A stretch of DNA of 64,000 bases from Zestosphaera sp. (GTDB lineage Archaea; Thermoproteota; Thermoprotei_A; Sulfolobales; NBVN01). The stretch covers positions 95,924-159,923 of the forward strand of contig JAVYVJ010000001.1 in assembly GCA_038727705.1 (NCBI GenBank), in the 5' to 3' direction. A program made the translations under genes and the position numbers. Positions 47,463 through 56,514 of the stretch are shown piece after piece; position 1 is the stretch's first letter, and every line of letters begins with the position of its first letter. A model generated the notes under the pieces. The model saw nothing but the letters and a program-made list of their open reading frames with translations. It ran no database searches and had not been told where the DNA came from.

Positions 47463-48395
47463 GTGGTAGAACTATTGGTTGGTAAGGAGACTAGGAAATT
47501 CCTTAAAAAGTTAGGTCTTCCGGACCACGACCTTTACGAGCTCCCGACATCTAACCTGAGGTTCCCTGACGGGGCTCATTTCAGGATTGAGATCCCCACA
47601 GTCAATACTGCGGTGGCTATGAGGGCTGTTCTGGAGACTACTGAGAACTATGGGGTTGTCGTGAACAGGATTACCGAGACTTACGGCATCATGCGTCATA
47701 CAGACAGGGAGCTTGAGGAGATGGTTCAGCTTGCTAAGGACTTTAAGGTGGAGTTGGTGATGTCCGTCGGTCCTAGGGCTGCCTACGACACTAGTGCTCA
47801 GAGAGCTACAGGAACCCCTGAGGGTGCCAGGTTAGGGTACAGGTTAAGGGGCGTTGAGAACCTGGTGTACGCTATCGAGGACATTAAGAGGGCTTTAAGG
47901 TTTGGCGTCAGGGGATTCTTGATATATGATGAGGGCATGTTATGGGTGGTCAATGAGATGAGGAAAGCCGGCGAGTTGCCGAGCGATATAAAGTTCAAGC
48001 TCTCAGCGCACTGCGGCCACGGAAACCCCGCCTCCTTCAAACTATTCGAGTCCTTAGGTGCGGACAGCATAAACCCGGCTAGGGATCTACAGCTACCGAT
48101 GATCGCCGCACTCAGGGCTGCTGTTAAGGTACCTCTAGACATACATGTGGACAACCCGAGATCCACGGGCGGCTTCATAAGGAACTATGAGGCACCCGAG
48201 ATAGTGAGGTTGGCGGCTCCAGTACACATAAAGACAGGCAACTCGGCCGTGGAGACTCACGGCGTGCCCACGACTAAAGATCAGGGCGTGCAGATGGCGC
48301 TACAGGCAATAATGATAAGGGAGCACATAGCTAGGTACTTCCCAGAAGCCATTCAGAGCAGGAGAGGAGCGGAGGACCTAGCAATCCCCAGGTAA
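47463..48395 (+). CDS. Hypothetical protein (alternating beta/alpha pattern suggests a TIM-barrel-like fold)
   Basis: 310-aa ORF with good coding composition and a GTG start. There are no U32 Cys-signature or other diagnostic motifs. The family is not assignable by eye. Confidence 0.45.
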   Translation: MVELLVGKETRKFLKKLGLPDHDLYELPTSNLRFPDGAHFRIEIPTVNTAVAMRAVLETTENYGVVVNRITETYGIMRHTDRELEEMVQLAKDFKVELVMSVGPRAAYDTSAQRATGTPEGARLGYRLRGVENLVYAIEDIKRALRFGVRGFLIYDEGMLWVVNEMRKAGELPSDIKFKLSAHCGHGNPASFKLFESLGADSINPARDLQLPMIAALRAAVKVPLDIHVDNPRSTGGFIRNYEAPEIVRLAAPVHIKTGNSAVETHGVPTTKDQGVQMALQAIMIREHIARYFPEAIQSRRGAEDLAIPR

Positions 48396-48396
48396 G

Positions 48397-48402
48397 TTTT
48401 TT
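48397..48402 (+). terminator. Oligo-T tract (T6) directly after the 47463-48395 stop
   Basis: TAA at 48393-48395 is followed by G then TTTTTT. Confidence 0.4.
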
Positions 48403-48484
48403 ATCACACACATCGTTAAGATCGGTGAGCTCCAAAAATCGTGTTGTCAATCCTACAGCGTCTTTACCTTCTTAACTTCCGGGT

Positions 48485-49456
48485 TTACTGGATACAGTGG
48501 TTCTTCCCCCTCAAAACCCTTAGAGCTTCTTCGACGGCTACAATTTGCTGTGCTTTCCTGCCCTCGTACGTGTTGGCAGCTATGTGAGGTGTCAACACTA
48601 CGTTGTCTAATCTCAGCAGAGGGTCGTCCGGTGGTAGGGGTTCTTTATAGAAAACGTCTAACGCCGCTCCGGCGATTATCCTTTCTTCAAGAGCTTTAAC
48701 TAATGCGTTATGATTTATTATGGGACCTCTAGCTATATTTATTATGAACGCTGTCCTCTTCATAAGTCTTAGTTCCCTCTCACCAATCATGTTGCGTGTC
48801 TGATCTGTTAACGGCACTGCAATCACGATGAAGTCTGATTCCTTAAGGAGGCGTTCTAAGGGCGTTAATTCCGCTCCATATCTTTCCTCAAGGTCGTACT
48901 TTCTGACTATATCGTAGTATATTACCTTCATACCGAATCCTATAGCTCTCCTAGCGACCCGCGACCCAATTCTACCCAATCCTACTATACCTATAGTTCT
49001 TCCGTAGAGGTTCGGAGCTGTGAAAGCTGACGTGAGCTCCGGACTATTGGAGATCCACCGACCCGATTTAATGAAACCATCGGCTCTACACACCTTCCTA
49101 ACTAGGCAGAGTAACAGTGCTAAGGCATGATCAGCCACGCTTTCGGTCACCTCCTCTGCAGGCGCTATCGTCACCCATACACCACGAGCCGTGGCTGCCC
49201 TCACGTCAACGTTGTCGTATCCGATCCCGCTGCGCGCTATTACCTTGAGTTTAGGAGCTGACATTATAACGTTTTCTGTTAAGGGAACTACAGACTTGAC
49301 AGCTATGATGGCATCAACGTCAGCGACACGCCCCACCAACTCGCCCTCAGATGCGGGCGGTTCCCTCAAAACTACAACCTCCTCAGCCTCCCTGGAGTTG
49401 CGGAGCACCTTCATGGCATCCTCGTGCAGAGGTGCCGTAACCAGGATCTTGGCCAC
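48485..49456 (-). CDS. D-isomer-specific 2-hydroxyacid dehydrogenase (glyoxylate/hydroxypyruvate reductase or PGDH-like)
   Basis: 323 aa with GIVGLGRIGSRVARRA, NIARGPII and LTPHIA. Confidence 0.85.
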   Translation of the reverse strand: MAKILVTAPLHEDAMKVLRNSREAEEVVVLREPPASEGELVGRVADVDAIIAVKSVVPLTENVIMSAPKLKVIARSGIGYDNVDVRAATARGVWVTIAPAEEVTESVADHALALLLCLVRKVCRADGFIKSGRWISNSPELTSAFTAPNLYGRTIGIVGLGRIGSRVARRAIGFGMKVIYYDIVRKYDLEERYGAELTPLERLLKESDFIVIAVPLTDQTRNMIGERELRLMKRTAFIINIARGPIINHNALVKALEERIIAGAALDVFYKEPLPPDDPLLRLDNVVLTPHIAANTYEGRKAQQIVAVEEALRVLRGKNHCIQ

Positions 49457-49636
49457 TTTGCCTACCGAAGAGGGAATTCGACGGCGGGATTATTTAACAT
49501 TTAGGATCTGTTCTACAGACATGTTGGTGTACTAAGGCTTTTAGCTATTTAGGTCTTGGTGTTGAGGATTCAGAACGGGTTGCGCACTCAATAAGAATTT
49601 ATAACAAGTGTCTGGGTTTGGATTTGGTGGTGTGCG

Positions 49637-50365
49637 GTGGAGGCTAACTTAGTTGATCAGTTGGCTAAATTTATCTATGAGGTGAGGTATGAGGATCTGC
49701 CGAGCGAGGTGGTCGAGAAAGCCAAAACATGTTTTCTTGACTATGTGGGTGTTGCTTTAGCAGGCTCTCGGACTGAGTTCGGCGAGACCATAACTAAGTT
49801 TGTAAAGCAGTTAGGAGGCGTAGGCGAATCTACCGTGATAGGGGATGGTAGTGCAGTTCCGTCGGTCAACGCAGCATACGTTAACGGTGCTTTGGTCCAT
49901 ATACATGAACTTGACGACGGTCATAGGGTTGCTATGGGTCATCCCGGTGCTTCAGTCATATCAGCGGCTCTTGCCGTGGGTGAGAAAGTCAATGCCTCTG
50001 GGAAGGAGTTGATAGAGGCTATAGTTGTCGGGTACGATATCTTTATAAGGATGGGCGTTGCTGTAAATCCGTCGCACTTCAGGAGAGGCTTCCACACAAC
50101 GTCTACATGTGGAGTGCTGAGCGCTGCAGCGGCTGCCGGGAAATTGTTGGGCCTAAATACGGACGGGCTTGGTAACGCATTAGGAATCGCTGCAACGCAG
50201 GCATCCGGACTTATGGAGGTGACGCGTGGCGAGTCCGTTATAAAACCGTTGCAACCTGCTAGAGCAGCACAGAGTGGCGTTCTCAGCGCTCTCCTAGCTC
50301 AAAGCGGCTTAACGGCTCCAAAGACCATGCTTGACGGTGAGAGCGGCTTTCTCAATATCTGTTAG
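49637..50365 (+). pseudogene. MmgE/PrpD family gene, N-terminal half only (truncated)
   Basis: The 242-aa ORF shows a PrpD-type N-domain (LAKFIYEVRYEDLPSEVVEKAKTCFLDYVGVALAG...HELDDGH...GHPGA). Full-length members are about 450 aa as I recall, and only about 290 nt remain before the next gene. A possible frameshifted remnant lies at 50341-50568. Confidence 0.6.
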
Positions 50366-50656
50366 GTATAGCGGGGTACATGAAGGGCCGCATACCTGCA
50401 ACCCAGCGAGCAGCTTTCATAGTGGGCGGGTTCATACTGCTTTACTCGAGCTCAATCGTGGTTGATGCGGCTTTGATGACTACAATTCTTCTATTAGTGA
50501 TCTACCATCGTGTTAGGGCGGCACCTCGCGATGTCCGGGCTGGGCGTGTGGAGGAGCAGTCCTCTTAACTTGCTAGAGTTCCTTGAGGGTTCATGAGCGT
50601 TATTCTTAAGAGGTCCTTATAAGTCTAGAGCATACATAAGTTTATGGTGTTACGAC

Positions 50657-52000
50657 ATGAGTCAGGAGAGGAAGGTTGATTGGTACTCAGTCTCGAACGA
50701 GCTGCACCTAAAGTATGGGGGTAAGATTGAGGTCGTTCCTAAGGTTCCTGTGACCAGGTTGGAGGATTTCTCCGTGTGGTACACGCCTGGTGTTGCAGGT
50801 CCTTGCAGGAAGATCTTCGAACAGGGTAAGGACGCCTCCTTCGACTACACTCTGAGGTGGAATTACGCGGCAGTAGTCAGCGATGGCACCAGGGTGTTAG
50901 GCCTCGGTAATATAGGTCCTGAGGCCGGCCTGCCGGTGATGGAGGGTAAGTCACTCCTCTTCAAGTACCTTGGCGGCGTGGATGCGATTCCCCTAGTCAT
51001 CAACGAGCACGACGCAGACAAGTTCGTCTACATAGTTAAGGCCCTGGAATCAAGTTTCGGCGCGATTAACCTGGAGGACATAGAATCCCCCAAATGCTTC
51101 TACATACTTGAGAGGTTGCAGGAGATTGCTGAGATACCTGTCTGGCACGACGACCAGCAAGGCACTGCCCTAGTCAACGTGGCCGGCCTGGTTAACGCGC
51201 TCAAGATAGTGGGTAAGAAGTTAAGTGAGGTTAAGATAGCTCTGATTGGCGCGGGCGCTGCCAACATAGCCCTATACAAGTACCTTAAGGTCGCCGGCGC
51301 CAACCCTAAGAACATCGTGGCTGTCGACAGTAAGGGCATTCTCCATAGGGACAGGTCCGATGTGGAGGCTATGAAGAAGGAGAACCCGTGGAAGTATGCA
51401 ATAGCTGTCGAGAGCAACGGCGAGGGTGTTACGGGCGGCATTAAGGAGGCCATGAAGGGGGCTGACGTAGTCATAGCGGCGGCTAAGTCAGGTCCGGGTG
51501 TGATTAAGAAGGAGTGGGTTGCGGAGATGAATAAGGACGCGATAGTCTTTGCTGAGGCGAACCCAGTTCCGGAGATATGGCCTTGGGAGGCTAAGGAAGG
51601 GGGTGCTAGGATAGTCGCTACAGGCAGGTCCGACTTCCCTAATCAGATAAACAACAGCCTCGGCTTCCCGGCGGTGTTCAGGGGGGTCCTTACGGTTAGG
51701 GCCAGGAAGATGGTTGACGAGATGTTCATGGCTGCTGCATATGCGTTGGCAAGATATGCTGAGGAGAGGGGCATTCATGAGGAGTACATAATGCCTAGGA
51801 TGGATGAGGATGAGGCCTATGTGAGGGAGGCCGTGGCCGTGGCCCAGAAGGCGATTGAGTTGGGACTCGCCAGAAGGGTGATGAGCTCCTCAGAGCTTGA
51901 GGATGAGGTACGGGAGCTCATACAGCGTCCCAAGAAATTCGTCAAGCTGGCCCTGGACAGCAACTACATCAAGGTGCACCGCCCCTACGGAAGCTGGTGA
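50657..52000 (+). CDS. NAD(P)-dependent malic enzyme (oxaloacetate-decarboxylating malate dehydrogenase)
   Basis: 447 aa with VYTPGVA, SDGTRVLGLGNIGPEAGLPVMEGKSLLFK, INLEDI and GAGAAN. Confidence 0.9.
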   Translation: MSQERKVDWYSVSNELHLKYGGKIEVVPKVPVTRLEDFSVWYTPGVAGPCRKIFEQGKDASFDYTLRWNYAAVVSDGTRVLGLGNIGPEAGLPVMEGKSLLFKYLGGVDAIPLVINEHDADKFVYIVKALESSFGAINLEDIESPKCFYILERLQEIAEIPVWHDDQQGTALVNVAGLVNALKIVGKKLSEVKIALIGAGAANIALYKYLKVAGANPKNIVAVDSKGILHRDRSDVEAMKKENPWKYAIAVESNGEGVTGGIKEAMKGADVVIAAAKSGPGVIKKEWVAEMNKDAIVFAEANPVPEIWPWEAKEGGARIVATGRSDFPNQINNSLGFPAVFRGVLTVRARKMVDEMFMAAAYALARYAEERGIHEEYIMPRMDEDEAYVREAVAVAQKAIELGLARRVMSSSELEDEVRELIQRPKKFVKLALDSNYIKVHRPYGSW

Positions 52001-52887
52001 TCAAAAGAATGAGTCTTAATCTCCTCAACGTGATCGAAGAAGCTGCTGTGGAAGCCATAAGGAGGGCAGTAATATCGATACCTCCCGATGTTAAGGAGGC
52101 CATAAGGAGGGCTTACCTAGAGGAGGAGAGTGAGGTAGCTAAGGCGCAGCTCAAAGCCATACTCGACAACATAGAGCTGGCTGAGAGGCTTCAGAGACCG
52201 ATGTGCCAAGACACTGGGACTATGATCTTCTACGTCAGGGTTGGGCACGGCTTCCCAGCCATCCACGCCGTGGAGGAAGCGCTGGTTAAGGCGGTTAGGA
52301 AGGCCACTCAAGCCATACCGTTAAGGCCCAACAGCGTCAACCCATTCACCTCCACAAACACAGGGGACAACACCGGCAGATACATACCATACATACATTG
52401 GGATGTGGTCGCTGGGGATGAGTTGGAGTTTACTGTGGTGCCCAAGGGCGGGGGCTCCGAGTATCCGGCAGTGCTGAGGATGATACCGCCTGGAAGAGGT
52501 GTTGACGCCATCAAGGAGGTGGTGTTGGATGCCGTGCTTCAGGCGGGGGCCATGCCCTGCCCGCCTACAATAGTCGGTGTCGGGGTGGGCGGAGGTGCCG
52601 ACATAGCTATGACGCTCGCCAAGAAGGCGGCCTCCTTAAGGAAGGTGGGCACTAGAAACGAGGACCCCGCCCTTGCAAGGCTTGAGGAGGAGTTGCACAG
52701 GCTCGTCAACCACCTCGGCATAGGTGTTATGGGTATGGGCGGCAGAACCACCGCTCTCGCAGTACATATAGAGTACGCACACAGGCATCCCGCCAACTAC
52801 CCGGTCGCAGTGGTGTTTCAGTGTTGGGCCACGAGACGAGCTACAGCGACTGTTAAACCCGACGCGAGCTACACGATAACCCAGTGA
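51997..52887 (+). CDS. Class I (Fe-S) fumarate hydratase / tartrate dehydratase family, alpha subunit
   Basis: 296 aa with PMCQDTGT and VPKGGGSE. Its GTG start overlaps the malic enzyme stop. Confidence 0.85.
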   Translation: MIKRMSLNLLNVIEEAAVEAIRRAVISIPPDVKEAIRRAYLEEESEVAKAQLKAILDNIELAERLQRPMCQDTGTMIFYVRVGHGFPAIHAVEEALVKAVRKATQAIPLRPNSVNPFTSTNTGDNTGRYIPYIHWDVVAGDELEFTVVPKGGGSEYPAVLRMIPPGRGVDAIKEVVLDAVLQAGAMPCPPTIVGVGVGGGADIAMTLAKKAASLRKVGTRNEDPALARLEEELHRLVNHLGIGVMGMGGRTTALAVHIEYAHRHPANYPVAVVFQCWATRRATATVKPDASYTITQ

Positions 52888-52888
52888 G

Positions 52889-53494
52889 GTGGTCGATGTG
52901 GCGATCTACTACTTAAAGACTCCGGTGGGTGAGGGGGAAGTCAGGAAGCTTAGGGTAGGTGATATAATATACGTTAGCGGCGTCGTGGTGACGGCCCGGG
53001 ATGCAGCCCATAGGAGGATGATCGATTACCTTAAGGAGGGGAAGGCCCTGCCAATCGACCTAAGGGGTGGTGTAATATATCACTGCGGTCCCGTAGTTAG
53101 TAAGAAGGGTGGTGGGTGGGAGGTAATCTCCGCAGGCCCCACCACAAGCGCACGGCTGGAGCTCTACGAATACACGGTAATTGAGAAAGCAGGTGTTAGG
53201 GTGATAGTTGGAAAGGGTGGCATGGGCCCCAAAACCGCTGAAGCATGCAGTAAGTACGGGGCTACCTACGTGACCTTCACCGGGGGTGCGGGCGTGTTGG
53301 CGGCTAACGCTATAAAGAGTGTCATAGGGGTTGAGTGGCTTGACTTAGGCATACCTGAGGCTCTATGGATGTTCGAGGTCGAGAACTTCGGCCCGTTAAT
53401 AGTGACTATAGACAGTACAGGTAGAAACTATATAGAGGAGGTAGTCAGGAAAGCGGAGGCTAGAAAATCAGAGCTGTTAACCAGATTAATTTAA
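52889..53494 (+). CDS. Class I (Fe-S) fumarate hydratase family, beta subunit
   Basis: 201 aa with VVTARDAAHRRM, IYHCGP, GPTTSARLE and GKGGMG. Confidence 0.85.
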   Translation: MVDVAIYYLKTPVGEGEVRKLRVGDIIYVSGVVVTARDAAHRRMIDYLKEGKALPIDLRGGVIYHCGPVVSKKGGGWEVISAGPTTSARLELYEYTVIEKAGVRVIVGKGGMGPKTAEACSKYGATYVTFTGGAGVLAANAIKSVIGVEWLDLGIPEALWMFEVENFGPLIVTIDSTGRNYIEEVVRKAEARKSELLTRLI

Positions 53495-53699
53495 GTCACT
53501 GACACACCCACCGGCTTTTAGAGAGCTCCTCACATTCACGGAATGTAGTGGATAGTGGGTTATGAGGCAGACCCCTGAGGGTGATCTGCTACGCTAAGCA
53601 ATAGTCTGGAATCCTCAATTAAGGGTTTCCTCAGAATACACTCGCCTTAAACGAGGAAACTCTTATTAATGGTTGCGCCATATATTAATGGTGTAGTTC

Positions 53700-54509
53700 A
53701 TGCCTGCGAAAAGGCTATGGGAGATGAAGTGGACTGAACTTAAAGATTACGCAGAGAGAGTGTGTGACGTAGCTATAGTCCCTGTAGGCTCTATAGAGCA
53801 ACACGGCCCCCACTCCCCACTGGGTGTTGACGCCTTAAACGCGTGGAAGGTGGCTGAGCTGGTTTCTGAGAGGACAGGCGCTGTAGTGGCTCCGCCTATA
53901 TGGTATGGTGCGCACATGTACCATCAGCTCGGCTTCCCAGGAACTGTGCCCATACGCTCGGACGTTTTGAAGGAATACGTTAAGGACGTTATAAGAGGTC
54001 TCGTGAATGCCGGTTTCAAGAAGATAATAATTCTGAACGCTCACGGCCAGCAGTGGGTTCTGGTGGGCGCGTTACATGACATAGTTCCTGAGGTCAGGGT
54101 GTTTGTGGCTGTAGCGACCCTCTGGGAGCTTGCTAGGAGGACCATCAACGAAGTTTGTGAGGAGCCCTTCAAACACGCTGACGAGTGTGAGACGTCGATA
54201 TCCCTCGCCCTCTACCCTGAGTTGGTGGACATGAGTAAGGCCGGTAAGGAGAAGTCGCCGACCTTCATAGACTCGAAATACCTCGGCGGCACGACCTACA
54301 TGCCTGAGGAGGGAGGGTTCCCGCACCACAACATATCGGCGTTCTACTTCCAGAAGGAGACGCTTAAGTTGGGAATCCTCGGCGACGCGACTAAGGCCAC
54401 TAGGGAGAAGGGAATGAAGATAGTGGAGGACGCGGTCAACAGACTGGCTGAATTCATCCGAGATCTCCTCCAGAAATTCCCGCCTGGAACCAGTCCCTTC
54501 TCGAGATAG
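53700..54509 (+). CDS. Creatininase family amidohydrolase (creatinine amidohydrolase / ArfB-type formamide hydrolase family)
   Basis: 269 aa with VPVGSIEQHGPHSPLGVD, ILNAHGQ and HADECETS. Confidence 0.8.
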   Translation: MPAKRLWEMKWTELKDYAERVCDVAIVPVGSIEQHGPHSPLGVDALNAWKVAELVSERTGAVVAPPIWYGAHMYHQLGFPGTVPIRSDVLKEYVKDVIRGLVNAGFKKIIILNAHGQQWVLVGALHDIVPEVRVFVAVATLWELARRTINEVCEEPFKHADECETSISLALYPELVDMSKAGKEKSPTFIDSKYLGGTTYMPEEGGFPHHNISAFYFQKETLKLGILGDATKATREKGMKIVEDAVNRLAEFIRDLLQKFPPGTSPFSR

Positions 54510-54563
54510 GACCTTTAAACATCGGCCCTCACTCTGCGGAACGAAATTCACAGCCGTAAGGTT

Positions 54564-55031
54564 TTAGTCCTCCCCCACGTCCTTGAGCACTTCAGGACTA
54601 ACGACATACTGAATCAGTGTCTTGATCCTCCTTCGCAACTCCATCAGCTGAACCGGGTATAAGTACAGTGGGGTGGAGCACTCAACACTTAATATCCTGG
54701 CTAAAAGCTTAGCAGCCACCTCGTCCCTTACGACGGCCGTAGTGGTTGTCTGACTGGGGAGCAACTCAACGTAGATCGGTAGCATCAGCTTCTCGGATTC
54801 CCCGCCTAACTCAGCCTTAGCGTACAGAAGCTCAGACCTGCGGAACATGTGCACACCGCCGTCCATCGTGAGGACATGCGGATACTCCTCGTTGAGGAGT
54901 GTAGGGAGTGGCTTTCTCTTACTGGCTATGTAGCTGTTGGCGATCCTCAACTCATCCCTGAGCAGGTGCTCATACAGCCTGTCCTCCTCCACACTCAACC
55001 CCCTGCAGGAATGAATCTGCGAAACTATCAC
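54564..55031 (-). CDS. Conserved archaeal hypothetical protein, UPF0216/DUF61-like
   Basis: 155 aa. The pattern KRKPLPTLLNEEYPHVLTMDGGVHMFRRSELLYAKAEL...LMLPIYVEL matches my recollection of the UPF0216 family. GTG start, leaderless after a TATA-like box. Confidence 0.5.
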   Translation of the reverse strand: MIVSQIHSCRGLSVEEDRLYEHLLRDELRIANSYIASKRKPLPTLLNEEYPHVLTMDGGVHMFRRSELLYAKAELGGESEKLMLPIYVELLPSQTTTTAVVRDEVAAKLLARILSVECSTPLYLYPVQLMELRRRIKTLIQYVVSPEVLKDVGED

Positions 55032-55494
55032 TTCACTAAATTTACCACTACGTGGTTATTTAATGTGCCTGAGAGATCCCAGCAGAGTGAGGGTTAGGAG
55101 GGAGGGCTGAAGGACGCCTGTAGGGAGGTAAGAATAACTAGAGAGCACGAGATAGAGTTGTTACTCTTCTTCATGAGGACTGTCATGTTGTCTACCCGGA
55201 TTTAGTGGGTTTTGAAAGCTCATGTCCGGCTTGTGAAGTCATTAGGTATTCGACTTCGCCCAAAGTAGCTAATAGGGCGGTTCTGTATTTCTGTATATAT
55301 ATCAAATGAATGGTTAATAGGGTTTGAACCTGCCGAATGTTTAAAAGTGTTAGATTCGTTTCACTCATGAAGTGGTTATATGACTGGGTTGATGACGGTG
55401 GCTTTCACATTATCATTAACTGGTGGAGCGGTCCTATTGGTTAGTGGTTCATCGGCCATTGTTGTAGTGGTAAGTGACATTCTCAGGTAATCGG

Positions 55495-55572
55495 TGGGGC
55501 TCCGGCCGGGATTTGAACCCGGGACCTCGGGGTCCACAGCCCCGCGCTCTCCCGGACTGAGCTACCGGAGCC
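55495..55572 (-). tRNA. tRNA-His (anticodon GUG) with encoded G-1 and encoded 3' CCA
   Basis: Hand-folded cloverleaf: G-1; acceptor GCUCCGG/CCGGAGC; D arm GCUC-AGUCCGGGA-GAGC; anticodon arm CGGGG-CUGUGGA-CCCCG; variable AGGUC; T arm CCGGG-UUCAAAU-CCCGG; discriminator C73; CCA. No intron. Confidence 0.9.
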
Positions 55573-55597
55573 ACCAATTAATACTGATTGTAAGACT

Positions 55598-55610
55598 GTT
55601 TTTAAGTTAT
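55598..55610 (-). promoter_or_regulatory. TATA-like box for tRNA-His
   Basis: The minus strand reads ATAACTTAAAAAC, centred about 32 nt upstream of the tRNA 5' end. Confidence 0.5.
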
Positions 55611-55706
55611 GTTTAGATTGCGTGGAGTCAGTCCTCACACGGTTCTTCATCTCTTCGGGTCCAGTGTTCCTCATCACTATTTATTATTGGTTTCTCTGAG
55701 TTATAT

Positions 55707-56471
55707 ATGTGGGGCTCTTTGATGGGTGAGGGTGGATTCAGGGTCGTTATTGAATATCCTAGTGGGAAGGTGTTCAGCAGGGTTTTAGAGGTTGTTTCAA
55801 GCATAGTTGATGAGGCGTTGTTTAACTTCGGTGAGGACGGTCTCACGGTAAGGGCTCTCGATCCTGCTCAGGTTGCTTTGGTGAGTGTGCACATACCTTC
55901 GTCCAGCTTCCTGTCCTACAACTTGAGTGAGGAGACCTCTATCGGCGTTAACTTGAGTAGCCTGATGAGGACGTTGCCGAGACCTAGGAGGTCTGATAAG
56001 ATCGTTCTTAGGGCTGGTGAGGATTTCTATGAGTTCGTCATAGAATCCCTAGGTGTTAAGAGGTTTAGGTACAGGTCTATAGAGGTCCCCGTGACCGAGG
56101 TGCCTGAGCTAAGTCTGACGTTCAACGTGAGGGGTTCCGTGTACTCGGCGGCTTTCAAGACCGCCTTAAACGATTTGAGAGGCGGCGGAACCATAGTCTT
56201 TGAGGCCATGGATAATCAGTGCCTGAGGCTTGAGGCGCCGGAGGTAGGCGGTGACGTTAAATTCTCCCTTGCCGGAGGGTCCCTGATAGAGCTGGAGGTC
56301 GGTGAGGGCTCGAGGACCCCGTACGATGAGGGCTACGTGACTAAAGTGTTGCCTCTCTGCGATGTTGTGGATGCTGTGAGAATAGAGTTTAGCAACGACC
56401 ATCCACTACGTCTTACTTTCAACATGCCTGGTGGGGAGTTGGTAGAATATTTAAGCGCGCCCAAGGCCTAA
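55707..56471 (+). CDS. pcn: DNA polymerase sliding clamp (PCNA)
   Basis: About 250 aa with FRVVIEYPSGKVFSRVLEVVSSIVDEALFNFGEDGLTVRALDPAQVALVSV, typical of a PCNA N-terminus. The start is ATG 55707 or ATG 55722. Confidence 0.85.
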   Translation: MWGSLMGEGGFRVVIEYPSGKVFSRVLEVVSSIVDEALFNFGEDGLTVRALDPAQVALVSVHIPSSSFLSYNLSEETSIGVNLSSLMRTLPRPRRSDKIVLRAGEDFYEFVIESLGVKRFRYRSIEVPVTEVPELSLTFNVRGSVYSAAFKTALNDLRGGGTIVFEAMDNQCLRLEAPEVGGDVKFSLAGGSLIELEVGEGSRTPYDEGYVTKVLPLCDVVDAVRIEFSNDHPLRLTFNMPGGELVEYLSAPKA

Positions 56472-56514
56472 ACCATTAATTTTTTATACCTTTCCAACAC
56501 ATCTTATTTGGTGG

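Noticed and set aside
50380-50568. 62-aa hydrophobic ORF after the PrpD fragment
   Set aside because: It has no promoter-like box and sits in the decayed PrpD region. I treat it as a possible frameshifted remnant, not a gene.
53625-53660. 8-bp inverted repeat GTTTCCTC-N20-GAGGAAAC upstream of the creatininase-family gene
   Set aside because: It is short with a large loop. It could be a weak 3' hairpin of the fumarase operon or chance, and there is no supporting context.
55315-55335. GGGTTTGAACC fragment resembling a tRNA T-arm (possible att repeat of tRNA-His)
   Set aside because: It matches only about 11 nt with an indel. The flanks do not form a T stem or match the tRNA-His acceptor. This is compatible with chance.
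55483-55846. Two minus-strand ORFs (64 and 72 aa) overlapping tRNA-His and the PCNA promoter
   Set aside because: One is the translation of the tRNA gene itself. The other spans AT-rich promoter DNA.
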